This document shows positions 30,969-44,314 of a stretch of DNA of 64,000 bases, one piece after another. The first letter of the stretch is position 1, and every line of letters starts with the position of its first letter. Source of the stretch: Eledone cirrhosa (Eukaryota); contig OZ024745.1 in assembly GCA_964016885.1 (NCBI GenBank), forward strand, positions 119,350,001 to 119,414,000, read 5' to 3'. The position numbers and the translations under genes were made by a program. A model generated the notes under the pieces. It saw nothing but the letters and a program-made list of their open reading frames with translations. It ran no database searches and was not told the DNA's origin.

Positions 30969-31341
30969 ATTTCTGCGTTGCCTGAACTGAGGAAACCTAT
31001 TCTTAATATTCCAACATTCGTTTTCTTTTCATTTCAAACACAATGCATCTCGTACTGATTCATCCAATATAAGCTTCCATTTCTTTAGGCGGTTGACTTT
31101 GATCTAAGAAATATTTGGCTGCTATTACTATCAGGTCAAGAGCGATAACGAAGATGTTTGCTCGTGGGCTCATCTATGGAATGTGTGTTCAATCATTTTC
31201 AAGGTAAAATTTAATGTATTAACTCAATAGTTATGTTGCTCGTAATGAAGAAAATAATCACTGTCTCTTTTAGAAAAAAGTTAATATTCGATATTGTAAA
31301 TAAACTATTATGACAGTCCGAATGATAATATAGTTTAACTG

Positions 31342-31600
31342 TCATCGTCTCCATCTCTCTGTATGGTGAACAAATGGGGTCCCACATGCTGGCCTCCCCA
31401 CAGCCCCTGCGGACAGAATGGAGAAGGCGTTACCCCGGAGGGTGGTAAGGTAGATGCGTTGGAAGAGCCATTCCATCTCGCGAGGCTCACACCTGCGGCT
31501 GGCCAGCTCAACGCCTATGGTGGTGATTAGGGAGGTAGCCCTAGGTCCAAGGACACCAGACAGAAGTCTCCACTGCCAAGGGCACGACCGCAAACCTATC
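31342..31600 (-). pseudogene. CRE-like non-LTR retroelement 3' fragment
   Basis: GVLGPRATSL..IG.ELA..WLFQRI.LT.LRGNAFSIL; paralogous to 51770-52030. Confidence 0.75.
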
Positions 31601-32612
31601 GTTTATGATGAGTTTTTAAGCAAATGTAACAATTCATGTGAACAGGATTCATTGGTTTCGACAATAAATGTTCCAGCTGCTCAATCAACGGAAAAGCCTC
31701 CTCGTGAAATGAATATGTAAGTGGCTGCGCATTCCATAGACACGTGTACTCTTGATATAATTTTCAGGGTGATGTAGTGTGACACTGTGGAACACTGCTG
31801 GTCTTTTGAATTACAGATACACTTCGTCCAACGAGCTTCTTAACGGTTTCCTCTCAAACCAATTCCTTTTACAAGGCATAGATCAAATTGTGACTGTGGC
31901 GAAACGTGTCTAAGAGGCTACACCAATTTCATAACCATTCTACTATACTGCACCTACTGTTATTGAAAATTGCTTTTCAAAACAACAAACTATTTTGAGG
32001 AAGCCTTTGTATTATGCCTGGTTACAATATTGTCTCTCGTGGAACTCCTTATATCAACATTAAGAGTAAGTATCGAAGAAGACATTCCTTAACATAATAA
32101 AGTTGCAATTATTTCTCTATAGATTTCTGCATGAAATAAATATATTCAAGATGTCATGGACCTGTACATTTAATTTCAGTAACATGATAACATGACAGGG
32201 TCTGCAAAGGAAATAATGGAAACATGCATGCGCGCTAACATTTTCACATTCCGATACATCCACGAGCTATAGCCACATGTGTCTGTGTAGTTATATATTC
32301 ACATTTAATGCAACATATATGAATATATACATAAATATTTTACTGCGACACAGTTCTTCATTTATATTCACCGTGGTCATCTTCGCCTTTCATCCTCCCG
32401 TAGCAGAGAGAATTAAGAACCAGTTAAGTATTGGGGTTAATTTAGTCTTCTATACATTTCTATATTTCCACCCTAGACATTGGTGGCTTCGTGGCAATGC
32501 TAAAATCTATATATCACAATATATTTTACATCACAAATGCATTGATTGAACTAAATTCTGTATAACAATTGTCTCCAAACACACGGAAATATCGCATATA
32601 TAAACCCAAACC

Positions 32613-32681
<69 letters not shown>

Positions 32682-32756
32682 TTACATATACATAAAAATA
32701 TATATACAAACATACATGTGTCTGCATGTGTGCATCTGTGAGTGTGTTTTAATATT

Positions 32757-32939
32757 AATTGTTTCTACTTTTGGCACAAGGCCAGCAAATTACCCAGTGT
32801 ATTACTGGTACTTTATTTTATCGACCCCGTAAGGATGAAAGGCAAAGTTAACCTCGGCGGGATTTGAACTCAGAATGGCAAGGGCCGTAACTCTATGCGT
32901 CAAAGCATGGCGTCCGACCCTCTACCGATACTGCCAATC
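32757..32939 (-). mobile_element. SINE family A (short subfamily); partial copy at 33165-33278
   Basis: Match to the SINE consensus. Confidence 0.9.
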
Positions 32940-33564
32940 GAAGCAATATACTGTTACTGCTCAGATTTCAGAATATTCCGCATGGATTATTAAACAAATT
33001 CAACATATGTTTACATATAAGTTTTAACATTACAAGAGCCTAGGAGAAGGGTAATGACTGAGAGGTGTAACTCTATTTAAATATATACTTTAATGTATTT
33101 AGTTAATAAGTACAGTGTTTGTTGTGCGCATAGTTCTTTTTATTACATTGCTCACAGTTCTACATAATTGTTGCTACTTTTGACACAAGGGCAGCAAATA
33201 CCCCCAGTGAATTACTGATACTTTATTTTATCGACTCCGTAAGGATGAAAGTCAAAATTAACCTCGGCGGGATTTGACATGATTACCTTACATTTCTTCC
33301 TATGAACCAATGAGAGAACATTTACGTTGTCAGTAGATCTTTATTATTAAAAAGAAAACACATCTTGAAAAAAAATGTTGATGTAATCGTAACGGTATTA
33401 TCATTTCTTGTGCCTAACGTAGAAACAATTATCATTTTTATTAATATTATCCTAAATATGGCTCGGATGCTTTCGTTAATAAAATTGCTTAGTTAGAACC
33501 CCTCTGAAGTTTAACAACAGCAACGGACGATTTTAAGTCATTTTAAGTATCATATACTGTTCCT

Positions 33565-33708
33565 CTGCTTGCATCCTGCGGCCCATCTACGAGGTACAAA
33601 TGCCTTGCATCCTGCAGCCCATCTACGAGGTACAAATTGCTTGCATTCTGTGGTCCATCTATGAGGTACAAATGCCTTGCATCCTGTGGTCCAACTATGA
33701 GGTATAAA
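33565..33708. repeat. Minisatellite, 36-bp unit x4
   Basis: TGCCTTGCATCCTG(C/T)GG(C/T)CCATCTA(C/T)GAGGTACAAA. Confidence 0.95.
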
Positions 33709-34744
33709 TGGTTTTTCTACGTGAGTCTCAATGTTAAATCTCAACTGTGATGATTGTATCTTTCATCTCTGCGGGGTCAATTACATAAGTAATAAATATG
33801 AGTATATAGTCTGTAAATGGATGACACGTTTGTCCAACTACTGTGATTTTGTTCCAGCTATGTCAATTCCTTCTCCTTTAACGATAACGTGTCTTGGGAA
33901 TTATCTATATTGTCATTTATTTTTATGAACACCAGTGATTTGCCATTTAAAGGGAGAGTTTGTTGCTATTTCTAACATCTTCAGAGACCACACAGAGGCT
34001 CTTCAATTGTCTCATAAGATATAGACCTATATTATCTTTATTTTCTCTGAAACCCCTGTTTCCATTTCTCTCTGGCGAAATATCATTCAATGTTCTATTT
34101 GGATGGAATGAATAATTACCAGCAACATTTAACACGATACTAAGAACCAACGCTTGATAATTTCACCTAGACATTATAGGATTGACACGATATACAGTCA
34201 TAGAATGCTGAAATAAAGTTTTACGTTAATATATTTATTCTAACCACATATTCAAATAAAGTTTTGCTCAACTCATTCTATATTTTAAAAGTTCAATTTT
34301 TCAATAATGATTATGTTGATTTAATATCGAACGATGTTAATTATTAATTCCTTATGAACTGAACTCCAAAAGCCATTCCATTTCTATTTAAACTTATGAC
34401 ACGATAAGAGTGCATTTAGTCCCACTTATTGTTGATTTTGTCAATTCCATCACGATATTTTAATATTAATAATTTTTTACGATTGCACTAGATTCGATTA
34501 AATCGGCTGGTGCATAGTTTATTGACTATGGATGGATGAAAGACAATGCAAATCCCTGCCGAGTTTGCCATTCGTTACACTCTGGTCTTTAATAATAGTT
34601 TCAATTAGGACAGTGATCTCGTTACGTACAATGGATGGGGAGAATCAAATGAACAAAGTGTGCTTGTTTGATTGCATCGTGATTTTATACATAAATACAT
34701 ACATAAATAAACACATACACAGACAGACACATATCAAAATGGAG

Positions 34745-34922
34745 GCAGTAAAAACCAGTTGGACCATTACTCATCAGAGTACTCGATACTTGGGGTGTAG
34801 AGTGGGTAATATGAAAGTTTCGGGAACTCTACTGCTGAGGACCGGCCATTTCAACAGCCAGATCCGTGACTTCGGATCTATCTGTTGAAACGGTCGGAGC
34901 CCAGCCGTAGGAGTACAGAATG

Positions 34923-34928
<6 letters not shown>
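34745..34928 (-). mobile_element. Family H copy 4 (divergent; retains CTGATGAG in the tail)
   Basis: Imperfect hairpin centred on GATCCGTGACTTCGGATC; the minus-strand tail reads GAGTACTCTGATGAGTAATGGTCC. Confidence 0.75.
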
Positions 34929-34986
<58 letters not shown>

Positions 34987-35073
34987 GCAAAAGTTCTATT
35001 TAAATTGTTGGGATACAACAAGCAAATATTTTTATAACTGATATAAAGCACTCAACAAATATTTGGAGTAAAC

Positions 35074-35313
35074 ATACGATATTAACAAATGGAAACTATA
35101 TTTATAAAACCATATTTATTTCATTATACATATTTCAAGGACACCAAGTTAAATTATGGTGTGCTTTCATCAGACAAAATAAAATATAATATAATATAGA
35201 TCTATATTATATTTTATCTGATGAAAGCACACCATAATTTAACTTGGTGTCCTTGAAATATGTATAATGAAATAAATATGGTTTTATAAATATAGTTTCC
35301 ATTTGTTAATATC

Positions 35314-35317
<4 letters not shown>
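35074..35317. ncRNA. Palindrome carrying two oppositely oriented type I hammerheads (35118-35180 minus; 35211-35273 plus)
   Basis: auuuuau-CUGAUGA-aagcacacca uaauuuaacu ugguguccuu-GAAA-u augu a-UA|augaaau; centre TAGATCTA. Confidence 0.75.
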
Positions 35318-35376
<59 letters not shown>

Positions 35377-35427
35377 GAAAAAATGAAACGATATTTCATT
35401 TCTCGCTCTTAGTATGGCTGTTACATA

Positions 35428-35460
<33 letters not shown>

Positions 35461-35465
<5 letters not shown>

Positions 35466-35670
35466 AACGAGTAGGACCCCGACGGCTGAGCTCAAGCCGT
35501 TTCGACGGCTAATTCTGGACGTCTAATTCTACGTCCAGAATTACCCGTCGAAACGGCTTGAGCTCAGCCGTCGGGGTCCTACTCGTTCCTATTACCCACT
35601 CTACTACCCTAAGTATTGAATACTTTGGTGCGTTATGGTCCATCTGGTTCGTTACCACATTTACTTCGTT
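35461..35670 (+). mobile_element. Family H copy 5 (most complete)
   Basis: A ~62-bp-arm near-perfect hairpin (35461-35592) plus tail; (TA)n on both sides. Confidence 0.9.
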
Positions 35671-35732
35671 ATATATATATATATTAATTTTTATATTTGG
35701 GATGGTCATATTGTTATAAAATTGCCAGAAAT

Positions 35733-35911
35733 AATAATTGTTTCTACTTTAGGCACAAGGTCAGCAAATACCCAGTGCATTACTGGTACTTTATTTTATC
35801 GACCCCGTAAGGATGAAAGGCAAAGTCAACCTCGGCGGGATTTGAACTCAGATCGTAAAGGGACGTAACTATGCTGGAAAGCATGGCGTCCGACCCTCTA
35901 CCGATACTGCT
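35733..35911 (-). mobile_element. SINE family A inserted into the 3335-type repeat
   Basis: Splits ..TTGCCAGAAATAATAAT | AAAACACACTCACTGTTTGG.. of that family. Confidence 0.9.
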
Positions 35912-36183
35912 AAAAACACACTCACTGTTTGGTTTGGGTTGGTTTTCGCTTCTGTATATTTTATATCTCTATAGTTAATTTAGCTGTCAATCAATGTTTA
36001 TCCGTAACATACATTAGTTTTGTTTATTGTATTTATTGGTAACATAGTGTTTTGTTTTAAATGTAAGAACCATTTCTGAAGTATAAGATTTTTTGAAATA
36101 TTGTGGTATTAGCGGAAATTTTAAAATATTTACTTATTATCTTAAGGAAAGAAGGTAAATATTTTGTTGTTGTTATTGTTATT

Positions 36184-36440
36184 GTGGATTAGACTATCAG
36201 TAGAGGATCGGACGCCTTGCAGCATAGATTTACGGCCCTTTACGGTCTGAGTTCAAATTCCACCGAGGTTAACTTTGCCTTTCATGATTACGGGGTCGAT
36301 AAAATAAAGTACCATTCCCGCACTGGGGTCGATTTATTCGACTGTCCCTTCCCCAAAAATTGCTGACATTGTACCTATATAAGAAACCATTATTATTTAC
36401 AGCATAGAGTTACGGCCTTTTATGGCCTCAGTTCAAATTT
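36184..36440 (+). mobile_element. SINE family A (long subfamily) plus a partial tandem copy
   Basis: Match to the SINE consensus. Confidence 0.88.
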
Positions 36441-36649
36441 CTGTCCTTCAATTATGTATAGGCCTGTACCTAATTGGTTTTCGCTTTTAAATATTTTATA
36501 TCTCTATAGTTAATTTATTGTAATACAATACAACGGGAGGAAACATAATAGTACCTCTGACGATGCCACATGTGTGTGATGAAAGAACTTTGATAGACTA
36601 TATATATATATATATATATAGTCTATCAAAGTTCTTTCATCACACTCCT

Positions 36650-37030
36650 GTGCCCAGTTTAAAATTACCTGGTTTTGGTTAACTTTAGCTTTTGGAAGTA
36701 TTCAGATAAGGCCACCTGTATGTCAGCACCTTCGTCTTTTCCCTTCAACAGTTTCGGATGGCCGAAAAGTGTCATAAGCTCACCACAGCGACTTTTTCTT
36801 CAGACATTCTAACCACATGCCCTTGGTATTGGTGATGTGATCTCTCAATTCGGAGAAGTAGCAGCTCTATCTGAAGTGACTTTCTGATCTCTGAACCACG
36901 CACCCTATCGAGGAACGTTATACCAAAAACCTTTCGGAGTAATCCCATTTTGGCCGCTGATATTTGCGATCGGATTCTTTCGGTCATTACCCAATATTCT
37001 TGATCATAAGTAAGGGTCGGGACGAATCAT
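36650..37030 (-). pseudogene. RTE-clade LINE 3' fragment
   Basis: MTERIRSQISAAKMGLLRKVFGITFLDRVRGSEIRKSLQIE.LLLRIERS..GHVVRM. Confidence 0.8.
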
Positions 37031-37487
37031 TCTACGATGTGCTCATTGACACATTTCTATTCTATCCACAGTGACACTGCACTAGTGACTAGGTTGCGAT
37101 GAGTGCTTCAACCCTTATTGATACAGGCAAGTGAATTTTGTTTGTGTATTGTTAACTGGGTAAAACGACTCTTCCACCATGTAAATGATATAACAAAAAC
37201 AGAGACACAGACATGCCAGAGAAAAAGTTTTATGTAAAATAAGGTGACTAGCCATAAACTGCGGAAATGATGTGTAAATAAACTCTTTAACGTATTTCTT
37301 CTGTTATGTTATTGTAATCGAAATGAATGTATATTGTAATCTAAATGAATGTTATACAACAATTCAATAGAAACTTCTCTGACGGAAGCACCGTGAACTA
37401 TATCTACACCAACATACGTCACAGCGCTCATATTTTCTGACATCACAATAAAGAAATTATATGAAATACCTAAACACATCCATGCAT

Positions 37488-37579
<92 letters not shown>

Positions 37580-37710
37580 GTGGGAAAGTAAAAAATCGGA
37601 GGATAGACCGTTACGCTACTTGGCAAATCGGAGAATAGACCATACGCTACTTGGCAAATAACTATATGTATCACCTATCCCCCCTTTTTTTCTCTTTCTT
37701 GATACGTAAA

Positions 37711-38028
<318 letters not shown>

Positions 38029-38044
38029 TATATATATATATATC

Positions 38045-41000
38045 AATGATATTAATAAATGGAAACTATATTTATAAAACGATATATATTCTATTATATA
38101 TACATATTTCAAGGGTAACAAAACTTTGGTACGGGCTCATCAGATAAAATACAAAGTTTGTTTAATAAATATTGACATGTCCAGGAACGAGATCTTAACA
38201 GTTCAAGGTTTATCTGGATAGTAAAAGGAAAAAGGGGAAGATAGGAAAAAACAAATATTTCAAATTATTAAGATGAATATGCAAATGAGGTTGAGGTATA
38301 GGGCTGAAAAAAAAAACGTTATTTTTAGACGCTAGGTAGATTTAAATAATTATTAGGATATATATATATGTAATTATTGGAAGAAGAAAGAGAAAGAAAG
38401 AAAAGCTTGTATTTACGTGAATTTAAAAAGATTGAAACATTAAGAATTAACAGTTTGTTGGATTGGTGGAATGATTCCAGAATTTAAAAAATATTTAGCT
38501 ATATTATGAGTTATAATATTATATATATAATCAATTAGATTATATGAAGAATTATGGTTGTAAGTACATTTTATCGTATTATATCGCAACAGGTTGTAAG
38601 TATATAAATATCTATATAGATTAATAAGTGTATAAATATAAGTATTATTGGTGATTATATAGATATAAAAAACACACTTATTAATTTGTTTACATTTCTA
38701 ATATGAGTTACGAAGGATGTTGATTTACATTTTACATATATATTTAAGAAAAAAACGTAGTTCAAATTATAAGAGAACAACAATTTGTAGATTCAAATAT
38801 TTTCATCCAACATTGAAAATATTTTCAGAACATTATTAATTTAGCGAAATTACATAATCTATCATACAAGTTATTATGTCTATGTTTTCTCGAATGTAAA
38901 GGAAAAGATAACTTCAATATTATTTGTTAAACTATTAGATTAGAAGAATAATTTTCTTAGAAACTGTGGAAAATATGTTGAGAAAATTATATATTATTTT
39001 GTGTGAGATTATAAGGTATTTCATATTACACGTTTTCAAGGATGATAAGTTAAATTATATATTATCTACTTCGAAAGATGTTTGAAAAGTTTGAAGATTG
39101 AGGAGAGGAAAAATGTATTGTTAGATAAGTCGAGAGTGCATTTGGAAGAACTATGGTAAAGTGGATGTCTTTCAGAATATCAATTAAAAAGTATCAATCT
39201 AAAAAAATATATATAAATCTAAAGAATTGATTAAGAAGAGTATCATTAGGAAAAGAATATGAATTGGTAAAAATACTAAATTTAAGAAGAAAGATCCTTA
39301 AAAAATTTAAAACTTAACCCCCCCCCCCAGTAAATAACAGGATCGTTTTAAAGGTGTATAAGATGTAGTCAAATGTAATGCATATTATAGATTACAAATA
39401 CTTCGGAAAGGGGATTTTTGGCGGTGTCTGCAAGAATTAAATATTTCGCTTTTTAAATTAATAGAATTTTGACAGTTAATTATATAAAAGATTTCCTCGA
39501 TACACAAATGACAGTTTCTTGAGAAAGCCATATTTCGGTATGCGGGTGCTTTCGAAATCGTTCCCCAACATATTGAATAGTCTATATCATTGCCCTTTAA
39601 ATTCCAAATTAGATGTGAAAGTGAAGTGGAAGATGTTTTATCGGACCTATTAAATGTATGTTTGTGGTTGTACCAGCGTTCTTTGAATTTTGTAGAAGTG
39701 GCACCTATATAGTTAACTATTTTGTCTCTAGTTTTTACTGTGTATTTATAAATTAAGTTTTTGTAAAGGGCAGTTTGATTCAATTCTACAGTTACATTTT
39801 CTGGAGTTGTTGTTACTAGGAACGGTACTATTAGTATGAATATTGTTATTAGAAATATTATTATTGCTAGCTTAGTTTGTTTGGTTACGGTTTAAATTTA
39901 AGTTTCTATTCTTAATTCTATTTATATTTTGTGCTATGTTCATAGTAGTAGAGTAAGATAGTTTTATAGTGTGTCTGTTAAAAATAGAGTGGTATCTGTG
40001 AAAACTTTAGAAAACACTTATCCAGTGCTTTGAAAAATAGTTTTGCTAAAGGTGTTTTAACGCCTAATGAGAATGGGGGAGAGTACCAAATAATATTTCT
40101 AGATCTAGTTTTTTTGTGTGGTTAACTATTTAAGTTGAATTGCTTATTGTTGTGGATTGGCAGTATCGGTAGAGGGTCGGAGGCCATGCTTTCCAGCATA
40201 GTTACGTCCCTTTACGATCTGAGTTCAAATCCCGCCGAGGTTGACTTTGCCTTTCATCCTTACGGGGTCGATGAAATAAAGTACCAGTAACGCACTGGGT
40301 ATTTGCTGGCCTTGTGCCTAAAGTAGAAACAGTTATTATAATGAATTCTAGGATGATTTATCATGTTATTGTTGTCTAAGTATTTAATTTTATTCTAGTA
40401 TCCTCCTCTATATAAAGCCTCATTGTAATATTCAGCCTTATCATCAAAAATATTTTTATTAGCGGAGTTGCGTGAAATCCGTTGCTGGACACTATTGACA
40501 ATAGTATTTTTTTCATATTTCTAGGATGGTTAGAATTGAAACTTACGTAATTTAGATTTTCATTAATTTTGTGGAGTGGATAATAAAGACCTGACTGAGC
40601 TAAGGTTTGAAGTTACATCTAAGAAGTTAACGGTTTTATAATTATTCTCGATTTCTAAATTAGGTTGTAGTTGTTAAAAAACAGTATTATGGATTTCTTT
40701 TTCCTATTAATTTCACTATTGCTACGGTTTTCGATTAAAAGTAACATATCGTCCCGATATAAACCTCCGGTCATCTCTGGCATTTTTCTATGCAGTACAT
40801 TATTAATAAATAATCCAACGAGGTCTGTTACTTGCTTCGGGTCAGATGATCCCATAGTGATATCAAAATTGTTTTGTCTGTCGGCTCTTGTCCAGAGATA
40901 GTTATTAAATTCTATTAGGGTTTTACGTGCGGTTAGAATGATATTCATTTCTTCACTAGATAGGTCTCTAAGTGTAGAAGCGGAAATAAGTGCCTTATTA

Positions 41001-41060
41001 AGTAAGCTAGGTGTAATATAGGAGTAGTAATTTGCAATATCCATTTGAATAACGTTTTTC
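38045..41060 (-). mobile_element. Penelope-like element remnant (Naiad-like): RT, thumb, GIY-YIG endonuclease, long 3' region ending in a decayed HHR (38087-38151) and (TA)n
   Basis: MDIANYYSYITPSLL, FDITMGSSD..VTDLVG, GGLYRDDML, IIWYSPP, FNRHTIKLSYS, CNCR...CP, NLIYK..YIGAT.TKFKERWYNH, CHLCIEE and NLKSEIFNSCRH. Confidence 0.9.
40152..40337 (+). mobile_element. SINE family A inserted in the PLE ORF
   Basis: Consensus match interrupting the Asn-rich linker of the PLE. Confidence 0.92.
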
Positions 41061-41792
41061 TTATGTGTTACTTTTATGTTTACATAAAATGAATACATAC
41101 ATAAATATATACATACATAAATACATGCATACATACATACATAAATACATACATAAATACATACGTACATACATGCATATATGCATACATACATGCATAC
41201 ATACAAGCATGGATACATACATACATACATGTGTACATACATGCATACAAAAATACATACGTACATACATGCATAGATACATAAATACATACATACATAA
41301 ATAGATTCATATATACTTATATACATACACACTTATATAAATACATAATTACATGCATACATACATACATACTTACATTTATACATACATGCATATATAC
41401 ATAAATACATACATGCATACATGAATACATACCTACAATACATACATACACACATACAGACACTCAATCACACGCGGTTAGACGATTATAAATGAAAGAG
41501 CAATAATAAATATTCACGTCTCAACTGGACGCCATTTTTCATCTATTCAAATTGAATGTCAAACGTATATTGTTACTATATTTGCTATTTGATCTCTATT
41601 GTGTGCAGGGTGAATCAATGCTGATCACGATCTGCTTCTATTCTTTCTCTTAGAGCTTCAATATGTTTGCTTGTGTGTTTATTTTTTCCACTTTTATATT
41701 TTATACTTTTATGAAGAAACCTCATAAAAATAGCAAAGTTGTAAGTTTGAAAAGTATATCTTCTTATAGAAGATATATTTATATATATATAC

Positions 41793-41871
<79 letters not shown>

Positions 41872-41954
41872 TATATATATGCATATAAATAAATATATAT
41901 ATGTATGTATATATATATACATATATACATATATATATATATATGTATATATAT

Positions 41955-41998
<44 letters not shown>

Positions 41999-42050
41999 AT
42001 ATATATACATATATACATATATATATGTATGTATATATATATACATATAT

Positions 42051-42099
<49 letters not shown>

Positions 42100-42119
42100 A
42101 ATAAATATATATATGTATG

Positions 42120-42171
<52 letters not shown>

Positions 42172-42206
42172 TATATATATGTATGTATATATATATACAT
42201 ATATAC

Positions 42207-42334
<128 letters not shown>

Positions 42335-42811
42335 AGACATCAATTAAAATGTGCATATGGCCAATAAATCAGGTATAGAAATGTATAAGTACAATCTACT
42401 ATTTAGTATGAGATAGGTTATTTAAATAGATTTTTGTTTTTATTAATAGATTAAAATTAAAAAAATAACTTAATCAATTACAATAAAAAATCTCTTTTCC
42501 TCATCCATTAAGAGTCACGTGCTGAGGGGTCGACAGAGATTCCTGAGTGCTCTTACCATTGTGCAGAGAAGCCACAAAAATGGATGCGTTCTCTTTAGAT
42601 AAAAGAAACATACATACACACATGCACACACACACACACATGCACACACACACACACATGCACACGAATGACCACACGCACATATGAACACATGTACGCA
42701 TGCACATATGCATACAAGCACACCCTAACGTGCGCACACGCATGCACACACACACAGAAGCACGCACACGCACTCAACTCACACAAGCATATACATACTC
42801 TCACACACAAA

Positions 42812-42844
<33 letters not shown>

Positions 42845-42848
<4 letters not shown>

Positions 42849-43238
42849 AGTGAGTTATTTGTTTTGTTGATTATTCAACAAAGTTAATTTATAACAGATT
42901 AGAAGCACTCAACAGTTTTCCTGGAGTATAATATCAATAATATTAAGAAATGGAAAATATCTTTATAAAAGCATATTTATTTTATTATACATATTTCAAG
43001 GGTACCAATATTTTAGTACGCTTTCGTCTGTTAAAATACAATATATTGTTTAAAGATAGTGACATATCTTCGTATGTTATAAGTTTTAATATTATCCTCA
43101 TTAGCATATTTATCCTGAGTTTTGAAAATTTATTCAATATCTTTAATGAACTTATAACATACAGTTCATATGAAGATATGTCACTATCTTTAAACCAAAT
43201 ATGGTTTTATAAAGATATTTTCCATTTATTAATATTAT

Positions 43239-43240
<2 letters not shown>
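42845..43240. mobile_element. PLE 3'-end fragment with fold-back; decayed HHR at ~42978-43040 on minus
   Basis: Homologous to 7335-7640. 42933-42972 and 43048-43076 are mirrored at 43168-43243, with the HHR segment missing from the right arm. Confidence 0.7.
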
Positions 43241-43279
<39 letters not shown>

Positions 43280-43281
<2 letters not shown>

Positions 43282-43401
43282 ACGAAGGAAATGTGGTAAG
43301 GAACCAGGTGGACCATAACGCACCAAAGTACTCAATACTTAGGGTAGTAGAGAATTAGCCGTCGAAACGGCTTGAGCTCAGCCGTCGGGGTCTTACTTGT
43401 T

Positions 43402-43405
<4 letters not shown>
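43280..43405 (-). mobile_element. Family H copy 7 (one arm deleted)
   Basis: Tail joined to AGAATTAGCCGTCGAAACGGCTTGAGCTCAGCCGTCGGGGTC; (TA)n on both sides. Confidence 0.88.
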
Positions 43406-43464
<59 letters not shown>

Positions 43465-43657
43465 GTGAGGTTTTTTTACAAAATGAAAAATAACCGAGGT
43501 GTCCTACACGAGTGAAAGTATAAAGAAAAAAAGAAGAAATCAAAAATGCAACTGGAGTCTTATTTAAAAAAATATATATATATTTATTGCCGCATATCTC
43601 GAGGATTGCGTTTTAGTTTCGTTTTGGGACCCGCCGAAATACGATCTCGCTACAATA

Positions 43658-43736
<79 letters not shown>

Positions 43737-43913
43737 GAGAATAGAAATGGTGTGTAATTGCTATTTAAGATAACTTAAAATACAGTGGGAATAAAGGGGA
43801 AGAAAAGAGAAAACAGTAACAAAACACCGAAAAAAACAACAAACCGAGCAACATGCGAGCAATTATAGGTAGGAAATCCAAGATCACTCGATATATATAT
43901 ATATATTTATATA

Positions 43914-43964
<51 letters not shown>

Positions 43965-44314
43965 CTCCTAAATAACGTCCAAGTCTTCACAAAACTATAA
44001 AAACATGGATCCATTCCGAGAATTTAATAAAGGACTCTTCACTGTTGCTTACTTTCAAAAAGTAAGGACCAAATATTCTGATCCTTTTCTATGTCTTCAA
44101 GACTGATGGAAGTAAAGAAGATTTTTCCGAACAGATGGCTTGTCTCGAATGATTGAAACGGAGTAAATTCCGTTAAAGTCTTTCCATTCCCCGGGGCAGT
44201 TGTTGGTTTTAACCTTGGCGACGGATTAAGTAGGCCCCAACTCAGTTAGAATTCAAACAGAAAAGACCAGAAACAAATATGATAAGTCATCGCGCTTGAC
44301 ACTCTAGAAATGAT

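Noticed and set aside
33947-34150. 67-aa minus-strand ORF after an AG acceptor-like site
   Set aside because: All frames reading from the acceptor hit stops within a few codons, and no homology is recognised.
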